A DNA stretch of 64,000 nucleotides, taken from assembly GCA_965204745.1 (NCBI GenBank), contig OZ242010.1:2816001-2880000 (forward strand), in the 5' to 3' direction. Both the position numbers and the translations under genes were made by a program. The stretch is from Candidatus Latescibacterota bacterium (lineage in GTDB: Bacteria; Latescibacterota; UBA2968). Shown here in pieces: positions 30,440 through 39,228 of the stretch. Each line of letters opens with the position of its first letter. The first letter of the stretch is position 1. The notes under the pieces were generated by a model. That model worked only from the letters and a program-made list of their open reading frames with translations. It made no database searches and was not told where the DNA came from.

Positions 30440-30730
30440 AATCGATCAAAGGCTCTGTCCTGTTGTGGCGTTGTCGTGAAAGTGGGGAAAGAGCCTGCGC
30501 TTAGTGAACGAGAATAGCGAGGGAAAGGCCCGCGATGAGGAGCAGGTGCAGACGCGCGCGACCTGCAATGGAAAGGCGCGAAATGCGGATGACCTGCTGT
30601 CGCAGGTGTCCACCGCTTCGCAAGGTGGAGATCGCCAATGTGGGGATTGAGCGCATGGCAGAACTAGGGAATTGCGTGGTTGCGAATTTCAGATGGCATA
30701 ACCTACGCAACCTAAGTGGAATATGTCAAG
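30440..30730 (-). promoter_or_regulatory. Putative promoter plus Leu/Ile-rich leader peptide (attenuator) of the ilvN-leu operon
   Basis: TTGACA at 30729-30724; uORF 30656-30501 ending LHLLLIAGLSLAILVH*; downstream GGCTCT/AGAGCC pairing. Confidence 0.5.
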
Positions 30731-30849
30731 GAAAAAAACAGCGAAGGGAAGGTGAGAGGTGAGAGGCAAGACGGGAGAGGCAAAGGAGGCAAGAGGTGAG
30801 AAGGCCACCCCTCTCCCCTCTTGTATCGTAAGGGAATCGAGATGCCATC

Positions 30850-30982
30850 TTGAGGCTCGGGGAAGGCCGGCCCCTCTTGAGGCGATGACCTTGTAGGTAA
30901 GATAGGCCCCCCGACCGCCGGGTCTATGCCGAAGGTATCTAAGCCCCTTGAGGCTGCATATACAAGACGGTAGACTTGGCGT
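30850..30982 (+). ncRNA. IS110 bridge RNA (predicted), copy 1
   Basis: Two stem-internal-loop modules; guides GCCCCTCT, AGGTAAG, AGGTATCT and ATACAAG, of which three match the flank or element end. Confidence 0.7.
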
Positions 30983-31050
30983 CAATGGTCGGGACGCGAC
31001 CCCGAGCGCGCACCAGATCCCTTACAACCCCCTCATCACAGGAGGCCCCC

Positions 31051-31965
31051 ATGTCGAAATCTCACCCCGCTTTTGCCGGCATTGATGTCAGTGCCCGCAC
31101 GTTGTCCGTTGCCCTGTCCAGACCCGGACAAGCTGTCATGCAAGCGACCTTTGCCAATGATCCCCAAGCGCATAAGCGGTTGCTGAAGTGGCTCACGAAG
31201 GGCGGGCACATGGTCTCTGTGTGCCTCGAAGCGACCGGGCTTTACAGTTTGGGGGTGGCCTTGGCCTTGCATCGGCATCGCCACACAAAGGTCATGGTCG
31301 TCAATCCCAAAGCGATGAGCAAGTACGCCCAAGCCTGCATGCAACGGGCGAAGACGGATGCGAAGGATGCGTTGTTGATCCTCGACTATGCCGAGCGCAT
31401 GCCTTTTGTGCCTTGGCAAGCGCCGAGCGAGCAACGGCTTCAACTGCAAGCCCTCACCAGACGCATTGACCAACTCAAGCAGGAGATCATCCGCGAACAG
31501 AGCCGCAACCACGCGCAGAGCTACCACATCCGCAGCACACGTCTCATCGCACGCGATATTCAGGTGAATATTCGACACTTCAAACGCCGGATTGCATACT
31601 TGGAAAGCCAAGCCCTCGATCTCGTTTTGCACGATGAGCCCCTCAAGCGTGCCTACCAACGCCTCTGCTCGACGCCTGGCATCGCGCAAACGAGTGCCTT
31701 GCGGCTCTTGGCCGAGTTGACCCTTTTGCCAGAGGAGATGCAACCGCCCCAGTGGGTCGCACATGCAGGCCTGGATCCCAAACCCAAACAATCGGAACCG
31801 CCATCCACAAAGACGCATCTCGAAAACCGGGAATAAGTACCTCCGCCATGCCCTCTATATGCCTGCCTGGGTGGCCATCAGACACGAAGGCCATGTCAAA
31901 GCCTTCTATGACCAACTCATCGCCCGCGGCAAGAAACCTTTGCAGGCTATCGTTGCGGTGATGCG
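31051..31965 (+). pseudogene. IS110 recombinase/transposase, frameshifted near 31800 and truncated
   Basis: GIDVS, CLEATG.Y, VVNP, AKTD.KDA, TPGI, AHAGLDP..KQS, then RISKTGNKYLRHALY in another frame. Confidence 0.88.
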
Positions 31966-32115
31966 ATGGTCCGTTCCAAACTTTTGCGTATCTTACGTCT
32001 TGTACTTTGCACTCGATAACGAATTTGCGCGTCCGCGCTCCTTGGGGCCAGACGATGAGCAGATCGGTACGCAAACGGCCCAAGCCATACTCGCGCTCAA
32101 TATGCCCACCGCTGT

Positions 32116-33501
32116 TCATGATCCTTTGCAAAATTTGCGCGTCCGCGCTCCTTGGGGCCAGACGATGAGCAGATCGGTACGCAAACGGCCCAAGCCATAC
32201 TCGCGCTCAATATGCCCACCGCTGTTCATGATCCTTTGCAAAAACGCCTGTAACAGCAACTGGGGGCCGGCCTCTCGATACGCGAATCGCTTGACCCAAT
32301 GCTCGGAATTTTCGCGGAAAAAGGTCTGGAACGCGACCAGCAATTTGACCACATCCAAACTGCCATCGGCGTTGACGTACCAAGTTGTTTCTTGCTCAAA
32401 TTCCCCTTGGACCACCCACGTCAGTTCGCGGGGCACGACTTCGGCGTAGATCGGATTGGCGATGTGATACGGCTGATCTTGACCCACGAGCCCGAGATCC
32501 TGTACATACTCCAAATCGCGATCCGTGAAGTGGCGGTCCTCATCGCCGCCGCTCAAGATCGGTTCGATAATGCGTTGCACGCGGTCTTCTTTGAGTTTGT
32601 CAGCCAACTGGTCGAGATGTGTTTCGCGGCGCAAGATGAGTTGTTCTTGGGCTTCTCGGATGTCGTCCTCGGTGATCGGATCAATCCGCGCCTCTGCGGC
32701 CTCGTCTCGGAAGCAGGTTTCATCCGCCAGCGCGTTGACCAGCCAGGGCTGTCCTTGCGTCTGCGTCCAGATCAATTCCAGCGCGTCAGGCGTAAATACC
32801 TGCCCGGTTCCCTCGGTGTGTTGCGCGAGCAGGGCGTGTACCTCGTCCTGCGAAAAGTCGCCCAAGCGCAGGGATCGCGCCTTGATGTTAAACGCGCTCC
32901 CGCCAGTGATGGTCGCATTCGCAGAACCGGAATGGATGCGGTAATCGCGCACGTCGCGCACCCCGCACAAAATCACGCTTTGCGGAAAGTGCTCAGGACG
33001 CTGGTCGTAGCCAGCGCGCAACTGCCGCAACACAGAGAGGAGCGAGTCGCCAATCAGCGAATCGATCTCGTCAATGAGCAGCACCAAGGGGGTCGGATCT
33101 ACCTCGGCCCAGCGCGTCAACGCCTCTTGCAAAGCCGCATCTGGTCCGACCTCGGCAAGGAGACCTGACCAGACCTTGCCCAAAAAGTCGTCGCCCAAGG
33201 TCATGCGTGCCCGAGACGCCAATCCAGCCAGAATAGCGCGCATCACCCGTTCCACATCTTCGCGTGCGGCCTGCCCGGCTTCAACATTGACGTACACGCA
33301 GCGGTACGCGCCTTCGGCGTTGAGCAAATCGCGCAAGGCCAGCAGGGCCGAGGTCTTGCCCGTTTGCCGAGGCGCGTGCAACACAAAGTAGCGTTTGTCC
33401 CGGATGAGGCGGCGCACCTCGTTGAGATTCAATCGCTCCAAAGGCGGAATGCAGTAGTGATCCGCAACCACCACCGGCCCGCTGGTGTTGAAGAAGCGCA
33501 T
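32116..33501 (-). CDS. AAA-like ATPase with C-terminal PD-(D/E)xK-like domain; 3' end disrupted
   Basis: MRFFNTSGP, HAPRQTGKT, LLIDEID, GSAFNIK, REYGLGR.RTDL; 110-bp tandem duplication at 32022-32241. Confidence 0.85.
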   Translation of the reverse strand: MRFFNTSGPVVVADHYCIPPLERLNLNEVRRLIRDKRYFVLHAPRQTGKTSALLALRDLLNAEGAYRCVYVNVEAGQAAREDVERVMRAILAGLASRARMTLGDDFLGKVWSGLLAEVGPDAALQEALTRWAEVDPTPLVLLIDEIDSLIGDSLLSVLRQLRAGYDQRPEHFPQSVILCGVRDVRDYRIHSGSANATITGGSAFNIKARSLRLGDFSQDEVHALLAQHTEGTGQVFTPDALELIWTQTQGQPWLVNALADETCFRDEAAEARIDPITEDDIREAQEQLILRRETHLDQLADKLKEDRVQRIIEPILSGGDEDRHFTDRDLEYVQDLGLVGQDQPYHIANPIYAEVVPRELTWVVQGEFEQETTWYVNADGSLDVVKLLVAFQTFFRENSEHWVKRFAYREAGPQLLLQAFLQRIMNSGGHIEREYGLGRLRTDLLIVWPQGARTRKFCKGS

Positions 33502-33603
33502 GTCGCGTTTCCTTTATTTTTTTGTCAACCGATCTCGTTATGGACAGTGCAATGTGTCAATGTCGATTTTGAAAGATAACCCAAACACGCCCCGATAACA
33601 AGA

Positions 33604-33640
33604 AAAAGACCCCGCAACTCGTTGCAGGGCCTCTTTTATT
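33604..33640. terminator. Hairpin/terminator, duplicated at 35227-35260
   Basis: AAAAAGACCCCGCAAC-TC-GTTGCAGGGCCTCTT. Confidence 0.6.
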
Positions 33641-33678
33641 CCTGTTACGCGATTTCGATTATGGTGGATTCTGAGAGC

Positions 33679-34053
33679 CTAAGGGGCCGAGACATCGCCG
33701 TTTATGTAGCGAGTCCACATTTCCTTACAGATCAAGGTACTCACATACAAGCCCATTACCAACACCCCGAAATGAAAAATGTGAACGATAAAATGAAAAA
33801 TATGGACAGCCAAGGATTGATCGAAAGAAAGGATTTGCCGAGACACACAGATAAGCAAGTAAAAGACCAAGCCAATCACATTAATCCATGCCCCTAAGCA
33901 AAATATCAATAGACCCAACATCACCTTCTCTCGTGCCCGGGAGACGATAGTCGTGGTTGGTTCTCGGATGAATGCGGAAAATATCGACCCGAAGGTAACA
34001 GCGACAGCCAATATCGCGTATAGCTGTATCGGTGGCAACTCGGGCATCGGCAA
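33679..34053 (-). CDS. Hypothetical membrane protein (~3 TM)
   Basis: Hydrophobic ORF with GGAG RBS, 6 bp after the upstream stop. Confidence 0.6.
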   Translation of the reverse strand: MPMPELPPIQLYAILAVAVTFGSIFSAFIREPTTTIVSRAREKVMLGLLIFCLGAWINVIGLVFYLLICVSRQILSFDQSLAVHIFHFIVHIFHFGVLVMGLYVSTLICKEMWTRYINGDVSAP

Positions 34054-34059
34054 CTCCTA

Positions 34060-34659
34060 TCAGGTCAGCGTTGCGGTGTTGGGTGGGCCGAACTTTCGTG
34101 CAATGTCTCGTTTGTATTTGCCGAGTACCTCATCTGTCACATGTTTGAGATCGCGCCGAACTCTGGTGCAATCGATCCATCTGATCCGGCGTTCACTAGC
34201 CCCCAATTTGTGCCGCGACAGATAGGCTTTTCTGCCGTCGTCGATGATCTTGTAGTGAACGTCGTTCGCCGCCACATTGTCGCCTGTCCGAATATCTACT
34301 TGGGAATGGCTGCCAAACGCTTGCCTGAAACGCAGGTCGTGGTCGAAGTTAAAGAAACACTGGATTTTGAAATCCGCGTTTTGATCCAACTTCCCCTGCA
34401 CGGCAACAATGACTTCGGGATTGTTATAGATCGATTCCGCCATATCGTCGCCGTCGTCATAGATGGTCATTTTCTTTTTCGCTTCATCCAACAGGTCAAT
34501 GAAATACTCGGTCGCCGCAGGGTCATCGTTGATGGCATTGGTGGCGGTGATATCGAGAATCGGCCACGCTTTGTAGAGCGTTCGGATGGCGGCAAAGACA
34601 CAAAACGCACCCCCCAAAAGTGCCAAAGTCACTGTTCCATAGATAACGAACTCCATCAT
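34060..34659 (-). CDS. N-terminal TM protein with a degenerate PLD-like domain
   Basis: TM helix, then FIDLLDEAKKKMTIYD and VHYKIIDDGRKAYLSRH (H-x-K-containing PLD-like motif). Confidence 0.6.
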   Translation of the reverse strand: MMEFVIYGTVTLALLGGAFCVFAAIRTLYKAWPILDITATNAINDDPAATEYFIDLLDEAKKKMTIYDDGDDMAESIYNNPEVIVAVQGKLDQNADFKIQCFFNFDHDLRFRQAFGSHSQVDIRTGDNVAANDVHYKIIDDGRKAYLSRHKLGASERRIRWIDCTRVRRDLKHVTDEVLGKYKRDIARKFGPPNTATLT

Positions 34660-34671
34660 TCGATTCTCCTT

Positions 34672-35088
34672 TCAACGAACACATAAGTTGCCCAAGTCAA
34701 GAATGAGGTCACGGAGGAGGGAGTGGTACTTTGCGTCTCTAATTTCTTTCTCCGTCAGTTTCGATTTCGGGGGTTTGTTTTTATTTTCGGCTGGATGCCG
34801 CCCCGTGTTGCGAACCCATATGTCATACAAATGCCCCTCGGCCTCCTCGGCTTCGGCAATCGTCTGAGTCGGTATCCATATTGCGTATTCCGCGATGCCA
34901 TTGATCCGTTCGTTTTCCTCGTCTAACCCGAAATGGTCGGTGAGTCTATTGCGAAGGTCCTTTGCTTTGCCGACATAGATGAAGTCGCCATTCTCCGCGA
35001 ACAGCAGGTAGTATCCGGGGGAAACGGGTACTTGCGTGATATTCCTTATGGGTAAGCCGCACTTTTCAACTACAAAATTCCAATCCAT
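34672..35088 (-). CDS. Stand-alone GIY-YIG nuclease, copy 1
   Basis: PGYYLL...FIYVGKAKDLRNRL..H...AEEAE...P..N. Confidence 0.85.
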   Translation of the reverse strand: MDWNFVVEKCGLPIRNITQVPVSPGYYLLFAENGDFIYVGKAKDLRNRLTDHFGLDEENERINGIAEYAIWIPTQTIAEAEEAEGHLYDIWVRNTGRHPAENKNKPPKSKLTEKEIRDAKYHSLLRDLILDLGNLCVR

Positions 35089-35398
35089 AATTATATCCTT
35101 TCTTTGCTAAATTTGTTGCGATTAGTGTGATGGGATCAATCCCCTGTATTAAAAACATATTATGCCGGTGGAGAGGCAAAGTCAAGGCCCGAGAGCCAAA
35201 AATTTTCATTATCGCCGCAAAAAACAAAAAAGACCCCGCAACTCGTTGCAGGGCCTCTTGAGATTATGTGCTATGTGCAGTGCAGATCACTGGAATTTAT
35301 GTTTTGTGCCGTATCGCTTGATAAACATCCGCTTCTCTTCTTCGGTCGGTTTGGGGTTTCGGACTTTCGGGTTACATGTCGCCCAACCCACCTCAAAG

Positions 35399-35671
35399 TC
35401 ACAGAACTTCAACACTCGCAACAATTCGTCCATAAACATCACGAGTCTGTACAGTGCAACGAACCATTTTGCCTTGAAGGGCATTTTGGAGCTGAATTTT
35501 TGCAATGTTACCTTGCCGGGTCCCCAATTCTGGCGCATCGATATCAGCAATCCGAATGTGTTCATACTGATTGTAGTTATATTCATTGGATTCTCCGATA
35601 CGGGTGACTTGCATTTCAAACGTGTCACCATCAATAACACGGATAACTGGTCCTTCAATAATATCAGCCAT
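35399..35671 (-). CDS. Minimal thermonuclease (SNase-like), copy 1
   Basis: VIRVIDGDTF, IRIADIDAPE, RDVYGRIVA; GGAGG RBS. Confidence 0.88.
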   Translation of the reverse strand: MADIIEGPVIRVIDGDTFEMQVTRIGESNEYNYNQYEHIRIADIDAPELGTRQGNIAKIQLQNALQGKMVRCTVQTRDVYGRIVASVEVL

Positions 35672-35714
35672 TTCAACCTCCTTGAAAATCAGGTTACGTT
35701 TTCTATGGGATTAG

Positions 35715-35743
35715 ATAATATCAACAAATCTGAACCTTGTCAA
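35715..35743 (-). promoter_or_regulatory. Sigma70 promoter of thermonuclease copy 1
   Basis: TTGACA-17 nt-TATTAT; the -10 box is absent from copy 2. Confidence 0.7.
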
Positions 35744-35821
35744 GGACTTTTTAGTGTTTCCTGTGGTTTTTTAGTATTACTCGCCCTGTTTCTCTTGCTT
35801 TCAACAAGTGCGATCCGTCAG

Positions 35822-36229
35822 TTACAACTCAATGACAAAATCGGGATTCGACATGTTCTTTTTGAACTCGGCGAAGTCCTTCAGTGGATTTTCTTGAATA
35901 ATCCCAAGAATACCGCCAAGTGCCACTTGAAGTTCGTTGTCGTTGCCCGAGTCTGTTGCCCGATGAAGCAGATGGTAGAACTGTTCCAGTGCCACCTTCC
36001 GCTCTGCGAACCGATGCTCGAAATAGGTGAGAATAACTTCCTTTTCGTTGTTGAGTGCAGTGACAAGCACATCTCGCTTAGACCAGATTTCTTCTCGCTT
36101 TGTCCGCTCCTCTGAGCGAATTTTGTAGTATGCTATTGCCTCGGTGATAAGAGGCAAGACGTTGACCGCACTGCCAGCCGCCCTGCTGACTTTCCCGCCA
36201 ACTTTCATTACCGTCCCTACTTTTGACAT
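35822..36229 (-). CDS. Hypothetical alpha-helical/coiled-coil protein
   Basis: 135 aa, AGGAGG RBS, long helical segment EERTKREEIW...FEHRFAER. Confidence 0.8.
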   Translation of the reverse strand: MSKVGTVMKVGGKVSRAAGSAVNVLPLITEAIAYYKIRSEERTKREEIWSKRDVLVTALNNEKEVILTYFEHRFAERKVALEQFYHLLHRATDSGNDNELQVALGGILGIIQENPLKDFAEFKKNMSNPDFVIEL

Positions 36230-36328
36230 GGTTGTGCAAACCTCCTATAAGTGATTGAAAAGGATTGTAGGCGGTCCAAATTGACTGCCCTTCCACCTAG
36301 CACAGATTGTTCTGTGCGAAGGCTCTTT

Positions 36329-37222
36329 TTACGGAATGATGTTTCCGTTCTTATCGACGATGGCGACATCCAGAAGATCGCCCAAGGTCTTTGCCGTGCG
36401 GGCGACTTGGTAAGCATCCCCTAAGTCTGCCGGGTTGCCTCGGTTGAGCAGTCGGTCAAGTGCCCGATCTACCTCGTCGGTAGATTCGTGCAACTCATCC
36501 ACTCGGCGCAATACGGTTTTGATCACTGCGATCTGCTGTTTCCTCTGCGCTTCGGCTTTATCCATCTCGGCGATCTGCTTTTCTACCTCTGTTTTGACTT
36601 TTTCAGCCTTAGAATTGGCGAAAAATCCCGCCACCAGCAAGGCTGGTCCGGCGACGAGACCGCCGAATACTACCGTGCCGAGTGCTACGCCACCACCGCC
36701 CGCAGCAAGCGAACCACCACCCAACCAAGCGAGAGTGGCACTCTTGGCCGCTGCACCGCTAAGGGTACCAATCGCTGTACCGGTTGAGGCCGTCCCGAAC
36801 ACGCTGACCGCACCATAGACGCCCGTAGCCGTTGCTACACCAGCGGCTCCACTCTTAGCGATGCCGCCGAGCACTTCAACCGCGTGTGCCGATACACCTT
36901 CCCACGCCGCCAATTTCTGAGGCGTGATCTCAAATCGTTGCTCCAAGTCGCGCTCGTGGATCTTTGCCCTTTTCAGAAAGTCCACGGCACGCCCTATTGT
37001 AACGAGAGCTCCCAATCTTCGCCGTTCCAATGCTTCAAACTTTGCTTCTGCGTTTTCCCACCAACCCTTATAGCGTCGCTCAGCAAAGCCATAATCAGTA
37101 CGGCGACGATCATAGCGTTCTTTGGCGTTTTTGATTTTGTCCTTGGCGTCTAACATACTACCGATACCACCGCCAATAGAGGCACCTATCGCAGCACCTG
37201 CAATAATGAGTGGAAGAGGCAT
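36329..37222 (-). CDS. Coiled-coil protein with a central glycine-zipper hydrophobic hairpin
   Basis: MPLPLIIAG start with AGGAG RBS; FGTASTGTAIGTLSGAAA..ATLAWLGGGSLAAGGGG. Confidence 0.85.
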   Translation of the reverse strand: MPLPLIIAGAAIGASIGGGIGSMLDAKDKIKNAKERYDRRRTDYGFAERRYKGWWENAEAKFEALERRRLGALVTIGRAVDFLKRAKIHERDLEQRFEITPQKLAAWEGVSAHAVEVLGGIAKSGAAGVATATGVYGAVSVFGTASTGTAIGTLSGAAAKSATLAWLGGGSLAAGGGGVALGTVVFGGLVAGPALLVAGFFANSKAEKVKTEVEKQIAEMDKAEAQRKQQIAVIKTVLRRVDELHESTDEVDRALDRLLNRGNPADLGDAYQVARTAKTLGDLLDVAIVDKNGNIIP

Positions 37223-37286
37223 AACGAATACTCCTTTCCTCAAAAAGATGAACACCTTTACGAACAAAACATATTTGCCGAGCCTT

Positions 37287-37502
37287 TTAACTATCTCTCC
37301 CTTCCGACTCGTCTTTTTCCTGGGATTTATGTTTTGCGCCGTATCGCTTGATAAACATCCACTTCTCTTCTTCGGTCGGTTTGGGGTTTCGGACTTTCGG
37401 GTTACATGTCGCCCAGCCCACCTCAAAATTGATGCGTTTTGCAAACGCTTTCTCCGCCTCTATTTCAGCGACGGTGGGGTAAAGCCTATCTCGCGGTGTC
37501 AC
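37287..37502 (-). CDS. Small hypothetical protein coupled to thermonuclease copy 2
   Basis: GTGA overlap with the nuclease stop; the homolog in copy 1 is broken by a 70-bp deletion. Confidence 0.45.
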   Translation of the reverse strand: MTPRDRLYPTVAEIEAEKAFAKRINFEVGWATCNPKVRNPKPTEEEKWMFIKRYGAKHKSQEKDESEGRDS

Positions 37503-37774
37503 AGAACTTTAACACTTGCAACAATTCGTCCATAAACGTCACGAGTCTGTACAGTGCAACGAACCATTTTGCCTTGACGGGCATTTTGGAGCCGATCTCT
37601 TGCAATTCTACCTTGCCGGGTCCCCAATTCCGGCGCATCGATATCAGCAATCCGAATGCGTTCATACTGATTGTAGTCATCATATTCATTGAATTTTCCA
37701 GTATGAGTGACTTGCATGTCAAACGTGTCACCATCAATAACATGGGTAACTGGTCCTTGAATAATATCAGCCAT
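37499..37774 (-). CDS. Minimal thermonuclease (SNase-like), copy 2
   Basis: VTHVIDGDTF, IRIADIDAPE, RDVYGRIVA. Confidence 0.88.
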   Translation of the reverse strand: MADIIQGPVTHVIDGDTFDMQVTHTGKFNEYDDYNQYERIRIADIDAPELGTRQGRIARDRLQNARQGKMVRCTVQTRDVYGRIVASVKVL

Positions 37775-37884
37775 TTCGACCTCCTTGAAAGTCAGGTTAC
37801 GTTTTCTGCCAAAAAAATCAGAACCACGTCAAGGTCTTTTTAGTGTTTCCTGTGGTTTTTTTACTATTACTCGCTCTGTGCCGT

Positions 37885-38643
37885 TTAGAACTCTACGTTG
37901 ATGGTGAGCGTGAACTCCGTTTGTTCGCGCACATGACGATCATAGCCTGCTTCCAGCGATAGAAAGGTGGGGATATCAAGCCTGACCAGAACATTAAGGT
38001 TGCGTTGTACTTCACTGGTCATGTTTAACCGGAGGTTTCGGCTTATGAGTTGGTTATTCGAGTTTTTGCACATTTCGAGAAGTGATCTCATATTGGCGTC
38101 GCCCAATAATCCTTTTTGCTTTAGGAGTTCCTTAGCCGCCTGCACATTTGGAGAGCCGCCCTTGAATTCGTCCGTCAGGTTTAGTTGGTTGCTAAACGAA
38201 GTCAACTCTTCATTTTCTTTTTTTCCTTCTACGCCCCTCCCGAGTACGTTGCCTTCAACAGAAACGGTTTCTTTACCCTTGGCGTTTTTATGCTCAACCT
38301 GTTCTACTGTGACCTTGCTGGCACCTAACAGGCCGCATAACGTGGAAAAGTGCAGGTGTTTCTCCAGTGCGAAACGCTCCACCGCCTGTTTTGAGTCTTC
38401 GTACACATCTTTATCAAATGGGCTTTGAATCAGTACAGCTCCTGACCGGGCAAGCCCACTGTCAAATAGACCTTGTACGACTGAGTTGGACTGCTTCGAA
38501 GAAGAAGGAAGTATATAGACTTCTTCGTTGAGCAAGAGTTCAGCACCGCCATCCCGATACTCTAAAGCATCAATCTCAGGCTGGTTGAGCACAAATACAG
38601 TTTTGCGACGATGGGGTTCATTCGGCCATGTACTATCGGTCAT
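37885..38643 (-). CDS. Hypothetical protein, possible beta-pore-forming (MACPF/CDC/gasdermin-like) core
   Basis: Clear ORF with AGGAG RBS; SPF...Y, LLGASKV followed by amphipathic strands, ends TLTINVEF; the fold is inference. Confidence 0.7.
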   Translation of the reverse strand: MTDSTWPNEPHRRKTVFVLNQPEIDALEYRDGGAELLLNEEVYILPSSSKQSNSVVQGLFDSGLARSGAVLIQSPFDKDVYEDSKQAVERFALEKHLHFSTLCGLLGASKVTVEQVEHKNAKGKETVSVEGNVLGRGVEGKKENEELTSFSNQLNLTDEFKGGSPNVQAAKELLKQKGLLGDANMRSLLEMCKNSNNQLISRNLRLNMTSEVQRNLNVLVRLDIPTFLSLEAGYDRHVREQTEFTLTINVEF

Positions 38644-38718
38644 TGTGTCTCCTTTGAGTAATTTGGCGAGTTGGTTCTGGGCGAGGTTCTGAATGAGAAC
38701 GCCTCGTCTTGCGTTCTT

Positions 38719-39228
38719 TCATTTTCGGAAAACGATTTCGTATATTATCCATAACACTGCCAAAAAGATTGACACGCCCACCGCTCCTCGTACTATCTTC
38801 CGGCGTCTTCTGATTTTTTTTTTTACTTCTAAGATAGCCACAACACCGTGACGAGCCACCTTTTGGCTGTCATCTGAAATCGTTCTGCCAATACGCTCGG
38901 CAAAACCCACCATAGCTTTGACGACATCATCAGGCCACGATTCCGATGGCTCAGCAGATACATGACCATAGCAAAGGATCGGCGCAATTCTGCCGGCGTT
39001 ATCCAACTGATCAGAGGGCGTCTGCAAGAGGAATTTATCGCCATACAAAAACGCAGTATGCGAACCTTCCGAGAAGCTCCTGGCGCCGTTTGAAGAAACT
39101 TCTGATATTTTTTGCGCTAAATCTTGGCGTTCAGTCACGTTCTCTTCTGCAAGAAAGTGCCCGTTGACCTCCATAGGGTCGGTGGTCTGATTGTCCAGAC
39201 TTTGAGCGCGAAAAGATAGATTGTCCAT
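38719..39228 (-). CDS. C-terminally membrane-anchored protein with a D-x-x-G-R-x-x-P motif
   Basis: LDNAGRIAPILCYG; KKKIRRRRK then a TM helix; TAATG coupling to the GTPase. Confidence 0.75.
   Translation of the reverse strand: MDNLSFRAQSLDNQTTDPMEVNGHFLAEENVTERQDLAQKISEVSSNGARSFSEGSHTAFLYGDKFLLQTPSDQLDNAGRIAPILCYGHVSAEPSESWPDDVVKAMVGFAERIGRTISDDSQKVARHGVVAILEVKKKIRRRRKIVRGAVGVSIFLAVLWIIYEIVFRK

Larger units (their letters stand above)
30820..31965 (+). mobile_element. IS110-family element, copy 1 (frameshifted, right end missing)
   Basis: Left end CTTGTAT after a REP-like flank, non-coding leader, DEDD recombinase gene. Confidence 0.88.
35291..35790. repeat. Thermonuclease cassette direct repeat, copy 1 (copy 2 at 37321-37880)
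   Basis: High nucleotide identity over gene and flanks; copy 2 has 70 extra bp (37428-37497). Confidence 0.9.

Noticed and set aside
35162-36115. 317-aa plus-strand ORF in the island
   Set aside because: It is antisense to the thermonuclease and the 135-aa gene, which have RBSs and motifs; it has no recognisable features.
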